From a virus (lineage: Duplodnaviria; Heunggongvirae; Uroviricota; Caudoviricetes): 64,000 bases of DNA. Location of the stretch: positions 25,598 through 89,597 of IMG/VR virus record IMGVR_UViG_3300043313_001192; one strand, given 5' to 3'. This document shows positions 27,133 through 34,735 of the stretch, in pieces (position 1 is the stretch's first letter; each line of letters opens with the position of its first letter). The notes under the pieces are model-generated. The model searched no databases. It saw nothing but the letters and a program-made list of their open reading frames with translations, and was not told the DNA's origin. The position numbers and the translations under genes were made by a program.

Positions 27133-27657
27133 CTAACCCTTATGAGCGGTTGACGGGCGGCTGACGGTCGGGTCGCCGACGGTCAGATCCGTGGCTCTGA
27201 GCGTCCCGGAGATCACCACCGGGTCTGTGCCCCGCCAGAGAGCTGCGGCGGCGCACAGGGCGTCCAGACGGTCGTTCACGGCGGTTTTCCCAGCGGTCGC
27301 CTCGGCACGGTCGGCCTCGTCCTCGGCGATCGCGGCGCGGATCGCGTCCCACTCACCGTCGTGACGGGGCACCATCATCACCTCCAGGCGCACCACGTAG
27401 AGCCCCGACGGGCTGTCCGGGTGGTTCATCGACCAGGCGATCTCGGTGCTGGTATAGCCGTGGGCATCCATGTACCGCTGGCCTGCCGCGACCAGGCGCT
27501 CCCGGACACGGTTGACCATGTCCGGGTCGGCCGCGTGCTCACGCAGGAGCTGCTCGGTGCTGGTCCAGCGGTGCAGCTCGGGCTCGGCGCGCAGCGATCG
27601 CGGTCGCCGTCGGGCGCTGCCCGGCGGGCCGTAGTCGTAGTCCGTGAAGCCACCCAC
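27133..27657 (-). CDS. hypothetical protein
   Basis: Open frame downstream of 27674-28300; start uncertain. Confidence 0.45.
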   Translation of the reverse strand: MGGFTDYDYGPPGSARRRPRSLRAEPELHRWTSTEQLLREHAADPDMVNRVRERLVAAGQRYMDAHGYTSTEIAWSMNHPDSPSGLYVVRLEVMMVPRHDGEWDAIRAAIAEDEADRAEATAGKTAVNDRLDALCAAAALWRGTDPVVISGTLRATDLTVGDPTVSRPSTAHKG

Positions 27658-27673
27658 GGCCTCAGCGTAGGGC

Positions 27674-28300
27674 TCAGCGGTGTGCTGCGCAGCGCAGTTC
27701 GGACTGGTCCTCGTTGATGAACACCGGCCACACGTCAGCGGTCTCCCGGCACCGGCTGATCCCGCAGACACGGGCGCCCTCGATCCAGCTGAACCGTCGC
27801 TCCAGCTCCTGCTCGGCCCAGGCGGGGTTGCTCAGCGCAGCTCGGCGCTTGGACAAGTGCGTGCTGAACGCTCTCAGCCCAGTCAGGAACGGGTGTCGTC
27901 CGTGGTCCTTGCGGTCGATCGGCAGCCGTTGGTTCCAGTAGCGGTTCGGCCGGTCGATGTCAGCAATCGCGTGGAACTCGACACACGGACAGGTCGGGTG
28001 CACCACCGTGGTCTGCGTCCGCGCCTCCCGGTCCATCATCTTGGTCTCGGTCTGGAAGCCGCGGTCCGGCATTGCCCCCACACAGCCATCGAGCGCAGCA
28101 CTCACGGTCACCTCCAAGCCACCGATGCTTCGGGGGAACGGCGGTGGTACGCGGTACGCACCGCCGATCGACTCACCGTGATAGCGGTCGAGGTGGCCGC
28201 ACGTGCAGATCTTGAACCAGTTGTGGTAGCCAGCTCGCTCGCGCTTCCTGGTGAAGAAATCCTGTCCGAAACTGTTCTTGACCTCGTCCGAGATGCCCAT
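27674..28300 (-). CDS. Cys/His-rich hypothetical protein
   Basis: ICTCGH...HPTCPC...CGISRC...CAAH; GAAGG-like RBS absent, start uncertain. Confidence 0.6.
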   Translation of the reverse strand: MGISDEVKNSFGQDFFTRKRERAGYHNWFKICTCGHLDRYHGESIGGAYRVPPPFPRSIGGLEVTVSAALDGCVGAMPDRGFQTETKMMDREARTQTTVVHPTCPCVEFHAIADIDRPNRYWNQRLPIDRKDHGRHPFLTGLRAFSTHLSKRRAALSNPAWAEQELERRFSWIEGARVCGISRCRETADVWPVFINEDQSELRCAAHR

Positions 28301-28745
28301 CCGGTGTGCCAATCTGATCGAAGGTTGGTGTGATCTTATCATAGTCAAACCACGGTCGTACATACAAACCAGATTCATACCAGTAAATCAAGCAGGAGAC
28401 GGCCCAGGGGACGGCCCAGCCTGCGCCCAGCCTGAACCATTCGCGCAACTCATAGGACAAAGTGAAAAACGAGGGTGCCGAGTGGTGAGCTGGGGCGATA
28501 ACAATGGGTCCGACCGACCCCTTTTTCCTGCGAGATCCCTGTCCCGACCGCTGGGCCGCACCCTGCTTTGGTGTCCGTTTCCTCCCTAGTCACCTGTCGC
28601 TCCACCAGCCGTCTCCCCCACTGTCGTTCCTAGGGTTAGTCCTCGCACCTCAGACCACCCGCTCGTAGGGTTAGTCCTCCACCGTTGCGTCCGACCACAC
28701 CGTTGCATCATTCTCCCCCGACTCCGCCGAAACTCTGCTCGACAC

Positions 28746-29126
28746 TCAGACCAGCCGCACCCCGTCGAACCGATGCGCCTTCCCTCGCCAGCGCGCGCCC
28801 GCCGCCACCAGCTCTTCGCGCAGCACCTCACGCATCAGCGCCTTGCTCCTCGGCAACGCCTCGCGCTCGGTGAACAGCAGCCACGTACGCAGCGACACCT
28901 CCACGTTCATCATCGTCGCCTCCCCACCCTCGGCGACCTCCACGCAGTCCTCCACCCACTCCCGCAGCACCGTCGTGATCACCGCCCGGTCCCGGTCGCG
29001 CTTGGCCTCCGTCACCGCCACCCAGGCCCCGTCCCGGATCACCCACTCGGTCCCGTCCGCCACATTCACCAGCCGGTAGTGCTCGGGGTGCCGGGTCCGC
29101 ACCCACACCTCCACCAGATCAGTCAT
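28746..29126 (-). CDS. hypothetical protein
   Basis: GAGGAG RBS, MTDLVEVW... Confidence 0.65.
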   Translation of the reverse strand: MTDLVEVWVRTRHPEHYRLVNVADGTEWVIRDGAWVAVTEAKRDRDRAVITTVLREWVEDCVEVAEGGEATMMNVEVSLRTWLLFTEREALPRSKALMREVLREELVAAGARWRGKAHRFDGVRLV

Positions 29127-29226
29127 CTGTCTCTCCTCACACGTTGTCGTCCGTCTCGCCCCACACTGGGGATTCACCTGTCGCTCAACCTAGCGACCGT
29201 CCGCCGCGCTAGGCTCTCCCCCGCTC

Positions 29227-29505
29227 GGCAGGACTGGCTCGGCAAGTCGGGGCGAGGCTTGAGTTGGCATGGCAGGGCTGTTGCGGTTCGGCAGGGTGCG
29301 GTGTGGTGAGGTCCGCCGTGGTGAGGCGGGGCAGGGCAGTCAAGGCTTGGTGCGCCCCGGCACGGTTTGGCTGGGCAGCCGCGACTCGGTGCGGCTCGGC
29401 ACGGCTAGGCATGGTGAGGCAGGCGGGGTCCGGCAGGGCACGGCAGCGTTTGGCAGGGCATGGCAGGCACGACTAGGCATGGCAAGGTGAGGCGTGGCGA
29501 GGCGC
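29227..29505 (+). ncRNA. orphan GGY-NN pentamer array (putative VIPR-type guide RNA locus)
   Basis: Parses as ggc-at ggc-ag ggt-gc ggt-gt ggt-ga..., with GGCAGGC punctuation at 29418 and 29462; same grammar as 42410-45893. Confidence 0.7.
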
Positions 29506-29552
29506 GGGGGAACCCGCTCGCCCGCTTCCACCCTGCTGTGTACTCTTCTCCC

Positions 29553-29948
29553 ATGGGAGGGAGCAAGCGCGGCACCGTATTACGGTCCCTGACCTGCCAC
29601 TACTGCGGTGGCAAGGCCGGGACCGAAGACCACGTCGTGCCCCGCGCCGACCTCCCGCGGCCCCTCTCGGTGTTGCCCTACTGGTTCCGCAGCCAGTTCA
29701 CCGTCCCGAGCTGCAAGGACTGCAACAACGCCAAGAGCTGGTTCCGCAGCGACTGCGCCTGCCAGCACTGCACCTGGGTTTGGGGCACCGCCCGCGCGCT
29801 GTTCCTGCCCGAGGGCTACACCGAGCGCGGCTGGATCGCGGTCCAGAAGAACCCGACCATCGCAATGCCCCTCGCGGTCCCGCGCCCTGACCGGAGCGCC
29901 TACCCCGGCACTCGGTCGGACCGCGAGTCCCAGGCCCTGTCGAACTAG
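29553..29948 (+). CDS. HNH endonuclease
   Basis: CHYCGG...EDHVVP...SCKDCNNAKS; probably leaderless (TGTG-TACTCT 29541). Confidence 0.8.
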   Translation: MGGSKRGTVLRSLTCHYCGGKAGTEDHVVPRADLPRPLSVLPYWFRSQFTVPSCKDCNNAKSWFRSDCACQHCTWVWGTARALFLPEGYTERGWIAVQKNPTIAMPLAVPRPDRSAYPGTRSDRESQALSN

Positions 29949-29991
29949 TCACCGCCCGCCGCCGCGACTAGCTCGGCAGGGCCGCTCGCGT

Positions 29992-30276
29992 CTACAGCCG
30001 GTACTTCACCGCCTGGTAGCCGTAGGTCACCTCGGCGTCGATCTCGACCGTGTAGTCCTTGGACTCCAGCACCGAGCGGAACGCCTGCACCGCCATCTCG
30101 GACGCCTTCTCCAGGTCACCGATCGAGACTCGGCGCCCACCCAGCTCACCGTCGATCTCCAGCTTCGCCATCTTCGGCCACTCGTCGGCTGTCACCTTCG
30201 CCGCCTTCGCCACGCTGATCACTCCATCCTTCGTCACTTCGTCGGCCCCCCACAGTGGCGAGCCCAGATTCCCCAC
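29992..30276 (-). CDS. hypothetical protein
   Basis: Open frame, start uncertain. Confidence 0.5.
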   Translation of the reverse strand: MGNLGSPLWGADEVTKDGVISVAKAAKVTADEWPKMAKLEIDGELGGRRVSIGDLEKASEMAVQAFRSVLESKDYTVEIDAEVTYGYQAVKYRL

Positions 30277-30305
30277 TATATCAGAAACTCGCGAGTTATC
30301 CAGAA

Positions 30306-30713
30306 CTACCGCCCACCCCACATCCGGTTGACCTCGTCCAGCACCGCGACCGGCGCCCGCCCGGCCTCGTTCGAGGTGTACCGCACCACCCGCCAGCCCA
30401 GCGCCTCGATCTCCCGGTGCCGCCGATGGTGCTTGGCCCACGCCTCCTGCGGTCCGTGGAACTCCAGCCCGTCGACCTCGATCCCGAGCTTGCGCCCGGC
30501 GAGCCCGAAGTCCAGGTAGTACCTCCCCACCCGCACCTGCCGCCGCAGTCCCTTCAGCGCGGGCCAGCGCTCGGGCGACCCCTGGTACGCCGTCCACAGC
30601 ACGTCCTCGCTCGGCCCCACCCACGGGCTCCCCGCAGGCACCCCCGCCTTGCGCGCCACCCGGCCCCGCACCATCCGGGGTCGTGTCCGCACCACCCGTC
30701 GTCGGCGAGCCAT
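30306..30713 (-). CDS. DUF559 / Vsr-like endonuclease
   Basis: QVRVGRYYLDF...IEVDGLEFH...LGWRVVRYT. Confidence 0.85.
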   Translation of the reverse strand: MARRRRVVRTRPRMVRGRVARKAGVPAGSPWVGPSEDVLWTAYQGSPERWPALKGLRRQVRVGRYYLDFGLAGRKLGIEVDGLEFHGPQEAWAKHHRRHREIEALGWRVVRYTSNEAGRAPVAVLDEVNRMWGGR

Positions 30714-30783
30714 GCGTCCACGCTACGGGATTCACCTGTTGCTCCCGGCCCGCTCGCTGTCGAAACCCTCTAGTGTTCTACCT

Positions 30784-31122
30784 ATGCGCGCCACCCTCTC
30801 GGGCCTGCTCACCGGTCTCCTCTCCGGTCTCCTCGCCCTGTCCCTGCTCACCGCCCTGACCATGCTCGCCGCGTCACCCGCCGACGCCCGGTCCGGTCCC
30901 GACCGCCGAGCCTGCGTCACCGGCCGCGAGTACGCCCGCGTCCACGTCGGCGCTCCCGCGTGGCGAGCCGTTCGGATCCTGGACGGCCGCGGATCCCCCG
31001 GTGACCTGGGTCAGGTCTACCGCCTGTGCCGGGGCGGGCACGTGGTCGTCGCCTTCTCCGGCGTCCCCGCGATCGTCACCCTCAAGTACCGCCTCGCCGC
31101 TGGCTCCGACCCCTGGGGCTAG
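30784..31122 (+). CDS. secreted protein, shares a domain with 11225-11947
   Basis: Signal peptide ending A-D-A; RACVTGREY...RILDGRG. Confidence 0.7.
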   Translation: MRATLSGLLTGLLSGLLALSLLTALTMLAASPADARSGPDRRACVTGREYARVHVGAPAWRAVRILDGRGSPGDLGQVYRLCRGGHVVVAFSGVPAIVTLKYRLAAGSDPWG

Positions 31123-31129
31123 TCCGCCC

Positions 31130-31444
31130 CTAGCCCTTGAGCACGGCCCGCCCCGCTACCCGGTAGGCCCCTGCCGCCACCGGGTTGTCCCGCTCGTTGG
31201 TCCGGGCCAGCACCTGCAGCTTCTTGGCCAGCCGCTGCCGCAGCCGTGCCTCGCTGCGCTCGACGTAGGCGTCGACCACCTCGACCAGCTCGTCGGCCAG
31301 GTGCGCCTTGAACGCCTCGGCCGCGTCCGACTTGGAGTCCCAGGTCCCGCACGAGCACTGCGCCACGTAGGGCCGGACCCACTGCAGCTCGTGGGTCCCG
31401 AGCACCGCGACCAGTCCGGTGGTCAGCTGGTCCGGCTCAGCCAT
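31130..31444 (-). CDS. hypothetical protein
   Basis: Coupled operon; CSCG motif. Confidence 0.6.
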   Translation of the reverse strand: MAEPDQLTTGLVAVLGTHELQWVRPYVAQCSCGTWDSKSDAAEAFKAHLADELVEVVDAYVERSEARLRQRLAKKLQVLARTNERDNPVAAGAYRVAGRAVLKG

Positions 31445-31631
31445 CACTGTCCCGCGTCCGCCAGCCGGGCTCCCCGCACACCGTGCAGACCACCGAGTCG
31501 AACGTCGTGACGGGGTACGCCCTGGACCCCCACACCGTCTGCCACCGGTGCGCCTTGTCGAAGGTCATCCCCAGGACGTGCACCCGCACCCAGCAGATCG
31601 AGCCCCGGTTCATCATCGGCAGCTTCTTCAT
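31437..31631 (-). CDS. small zinc-binding hypothetical protein
   Basis: Coupled operon; CTVCG. Confidence 0.55.
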   Translation of the reverse strand: MKKLPMMNRGSICWVRVHVLGMTFDKAHRWQTVWGSRAYPVTTFDSVVCTVCGEPGWRTRDSDG

Positions 31632-31846
31632 CCCTTACCCACGACCTCGTCGATCTGCTCCACGATGTGCACCAGCGCCATGAACGCGTCGTGGAAGTTG
31701 ATCTCCCGGAACGCGGGCGGCAGGTGCTCCTGGCCGGTCTTGAAGTCCTCGGGCCGCAGCGCGTCCGCCGCCGCCACCAGCTCGCGGACCCGCTGCAGCC
31801 GTGCCGCGTCACCGTCCGCGTCGAGCGTGATCGCCAGCGGGCTCAT
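31628..31846 (-). CDS. hypothetical protein
   Basis: ATGA coupling. Confidence 0.6.
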   Translation of the reverse strand: MSPLAITLDADGDAARLQRVRELVAAADALRPEDFKTGQEHLPPAFREINFHDAFMALVHIVEQIDEVVGKG

Positions 31847-32058
31847 GGACCCATCAGCTCCCTGGCCAGGTCGAGCACCTTGGCCGACAGCTCCTGGCGG
31901 ACCCGGACCTCGGCCATGTGCGCGGCGTAGTCCGCGACCACCCCGTCCACGTCGAGCACCCCGCGCAGGTGCCGGATCGCCCCCATCAGCGACTCGACGT
32001 CGTCGACCCGGATGTTCCTCTCCAGCACGACGGTCAAGGTGTGGTAGCTGTCGGTCAT
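31843..32058 (-). CDS. hypothetical protein
   Basis: GGAG RBS, ATGA coupling. Confidence 0.65.
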   Translation of the reverse strand: MTDSYHTLTVVLERNIRVDDVESLMGAIRHLRGVLDVDGVVADYAAHMAEVRVRQELSAKVLDLARELMGP

Positions 32059-32600
32059 CGCTGCTCCCCGTGTGTGATCTCCAGGTGCCGCTGATCGTTG
32101 CGCAGGCACCGGCCTCCTCGGTCCAGCACGCACTCCTCCTCACCCACGGTGAGTGACACGTCCGGGGACGGCGGACCACCCACCACGCCACCAGGAGCCA
32201 GCTCACCCTTGCGCTTCCCGACCGCCAGCGCGTCCCCGTCGTCAGGATCCAGGTGCGTCGCCGCGTCCCACAGCGCCCCTCCACGGATGTCCTCACCGCC
32301 GCGTTCGTCGAACCGGAGCCCCGCCTGCTGGCGTAGCTCGTCCGCCGCCCGGTGCAGGATCTCCAGCCGCGCCGCCTGCTCGGCCGCATCCACGATCGCC
32401 GCCACCGCCGGGGCCAGCGCCGCCACCTGGTTCAGGTCGGCCACCACCTCCATCACCGCCGAGGGGTCCACCGTGCTGGGCGTCCGTTCGAGCATCGCCA
32501 GCACCGCGTCGGCGATCTCCCGTGGGGTCTCGGACCGGCTGAGCCCGTCACCGATCCGGCGTGCGACCAGCCGGGTCATCCCCTCGTACCGCGGGCTCAC
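32055..32600 (-). CDS. hypothetical protein
   Basis: GTGA coupling. Confidence 0.6.
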   Translation of the reverse strand: MSPRYEGMTRLVARRIGDGLSRSETPREIADAVLAMLERTPSTVDPSAVMEVVADLNQVAALAPAVAAIVDAAEQAARLEILHRAADELRQQAGLRFDERGGEDIRGGALWDAATHLDPDDGDALAVGKRKGELAPGGVVGGPPSPDVSLTVGEEECVLDRGGRCLRNDQRHLEITHGEQR

Positions 32601-32776
32601 AGCACCATCACGATCCCGTACACCACAGCAGCCATCGCGTTGATCATCATCGTGTTGTCGGCCTCCAGCCGTTCTTGATCCATCCCGCCCGGCTCGCGCA
32701 GGTGGTGCATCCCGAGCACGTCACCGGCTGCCATCGACCCGAAGAGCACCCCGAGGATCATGGTCAGGTAGGGCAT
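32597..32776 (-). CDS. small membrane protein
   Basis: Two hydrophobic helices. Confidence 0.6.
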   Translation of the reverse strand: MPYLTMILGVLFGSMAAGDVLGMHHLREPGGMDQERLEADNTMMINAMAAVVYGIVMVL

Positions 32777-32778
32777 GG

Positions 32779-33051
32779 ATGGACAATAGCGGTTCCCCAC
32801 TGGAGAATCTGCCCATGTCCGAGACCGGGGGCGACTGCGAGACCTGCGAGCACCCGATGGACCCGCACGCGATGATCCCCACTGCCGAGGATCCTCGTGA
32901 GGGTGGGGTGATGCTGTGCCCGGTGCCCGGCTGCCTGTGCTTCGCCACCTGGTCGGTGCCGCCGTTCAGCGAGCGCGGCGCGGTCCTGGTCCCCGACACC
33001 GAGGAGCTGGCCGCGATGCGCGCCTTCGTGCAGAAGATCCACCTGAACTAG
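32779..33051 (+). CDS. small Cys-rich protein
   Basis: CETCEH...H...CPVPGCLC. Confidence 0.6.
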   Translation: MDNSGSPLENLPMSETGGDCETCEHPMDPHAMIPTAEDPREGGVMLCPVPGCLCFATWSVPPFSERGAVLVPDTEELAAMRAFVQKIHLN

Positions 33052-33194
33052 CCGCCGTCGTCAGCCAGCCCGCCCACGATCGAGACCATCGCGTGCCCGA
33101 GCCCGTAGGCCACGCCCACCACGAAGCCGACCAGCACCAGCACACACCCCAGGAACAGGGCAGCCTGAAGCAGCCCCCGCGTCGTGATCCGCAT
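33048..33194 (-). CDS. small membrane protein
   Basis: TGATG coupling, one TM helix. Confidence 0.55.
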   Translation of the reverse strand: MRITTRGLLQAALFLGCVLVLVGFVVGVAYGLGHAMVSIVGGLADDGG

Positions 33195-33385
33195 CAGGCG
33201 GCAGGATCGCCTGTGTGCCCGCGCAGCGTGTCGACCAGGCACCGCAGCCTCATCAGCCGGATCTGCCGCGCCCGGTTGGTCTCCAGCCGCAGCTCGGCCT
33301 GCAGTCCGGCGTCCAGCTCAGTCAGCAGGAACGACGTGTCAGGTGGGACCCGCGGGACGGGTGTGGTGTCCATGGTGAGGACCAT
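33194..33385 (-). CDS. hypothetical protein
   Basis: Coupled to next gene. Confidence 0.5.
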   Translation of the reverse strand: MVLTMDTTPVPRVPPDTSFLLTELDAGLQAELRLETNRARQIRLMRLRCLVDTLRGHTGDPAA

Positions 33386-33410
33386 GCTGCCACCCAGCAG
33401 CGAACACCCG

Positions 33411-34103
33411 CTAGGGCAGCGGCGTCCCCGGCTCCACGACGATCTCGGCGTCCACCGCCGCCTCGGCCTCAGCCGCCGCGTCAGCTTCGGCCGCAGCCTG
33501 AGCCTCGGAGAGGATCGTGACCGCCTCGGTGTGTGCGTCCTTGAGCGCGTCCAGCCGGTCCCGGATCACCGCGGTGATGTCGACGGTGGCGATCTGCGCG
33601 TCCACCCGGACGTCGACGCCGCGCACGTAGCCGGTCCGGTCCAGGATCTCCGAGGCAGCCTTGGCGCGCACACCCATCGGGGAGTCCTCGTCGTCCATCG
33701 CGATCTCCAGGACACGGGTCGCCTTCGGCACCAGCCGGGTCAGGTTGGCCGAGGTCTCCTTGGCCACCGCCTCGGCCAGCTCGGGCGGGGCGTAGTAGTC
33801 CACCCCCATCTGGCGCGCGTGCTCCAGGCAGTACCGGGACTTGGTCGGGTCGGCCAGCAGCACCTCGCACTGGATCCGCTTGGCCCCGGAGTAGTAGCCG
33901 ATCCCGTCCTCGGAGTTGCGGTTGAACATGCACGCCCACGGGTTGAAGGTGCGCGCCTCCCAGGGCAGCCCCGCGTAGTAGTCCAGGTCGCTCTGGGTCA
34001 GCGGCCGGGCCGGGAGCCACGGGCGCGGCGCACCGGCGCTCGTCGTCCCCTCCTCAGACTCGGGGAACGGCGAGGGCTCCATCCCCAGCGGTTCGCTTGT
34101 CAT
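33411..34103 (-). CDS. possible terminase small subunit
   Basis: C-terminal RLVPKATRVLEIAMD...VRAKAASEILDRTG...DRLDAL, a pattern seen in phage TerS-like proteins. Confidence 0.4.
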   Translation of the reverse strand: MTSEPLGMEPSPFPESEEGTTSAGAPRPWLPARPLTQSDLDYYAGLPWEARTFNPWACMFNRNSEDGIGYYSGAKRIQCEVLLADPTKSRYCLEHARQMGVDYYAPPELAEAVAKETSANLTRLVPKATRVLEIAMDDEDSPMGVRAKAASEILDRTGYVRGVDVRVDAQIATVDITAVIRDRLDALKDAHTEAVTILSEAQAAAEADAAAEAEAAVDAEIVVEPGTPLP

Positions 34104-34363
34104 AGCTGAAAGATACCAACCTTGGGATCGTTTGCACCCGTCCAGTGGTTGCAGTTTTCCACAGGTTTTCCCACAGCCTGTGCGCTCAGCTCAGCCCGAT
34201 CCACCGCATCGGGACACCGAGTAGAACCAGGACAGCTCGCGCAGCTCGGCCACCTTGCGCTGCGCGGACCACACCGCCGCGGTGTCAGAAGACGGGTCAC
34301 GTTCGCGCGCGGCGAGCACCGCCGCCCAGATCTCGGCGCGGCTCGCGGCGCCGTAGCCGTGGT

Positions 34364-34735
34364 TCACGTCTCCGCGGAATCGTTGCCTGCGCCGTTGTCC
34401 TCGTGCTGCCGCGGACCGTCTTCATCGCCGGTGCGCCGGAACGTCACCGGCGTCCCGAGCAACTTGTAGATCTCCTGGGCCTTGTCGGCGTCGATCGCTA
34501 CCCAGAGCCACTTGTCGCCCCACGGACTCATCATCTCGATGTGGAAGTCCTCACCGACGATCCCGGCCAGAACGTCAACGGCCTCCCCGTCACCGGTGGC
34601 CTCCTCCAGCTGCTCCAGGACCTCGGCGTCCAGCTCGGGCTCCTTGCCGTAGTCCTCGGCGCTCTCCTGGGTGGTCACCATCACCGTCGGCTCCCCGGCC
34701 TGATCGGCCAGTCCGTGCCGCTGCTGCTCGCTCAT
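34364..34735 (-). CDS. acidic hypothetical protein
   Basis: GGGAG RBS, ATGA coupling. Confidence 0.65.
   Translation of the reverse strand: MSEQQRHGLADQAGEPTVMVTTQESAEDYGKEPELDAEVLEQLEEATGDGEAVDVLAGIVGEDFHIEMMSPWGDKWLWVAIDADKAQEIYKLLGTPVTFRRTGDEDGPRQHEDNGAGNDSAET

Noticed and set aside
28631-28679. Telomere-like TAGGGTTAG
   Set aside because: Only two separated copies inside a 14-bp direct repeat, not a tandem telomeric tract
29209-29531. Short ORFs over the second pentamer array
   Set aside because: Same artefact as the main array
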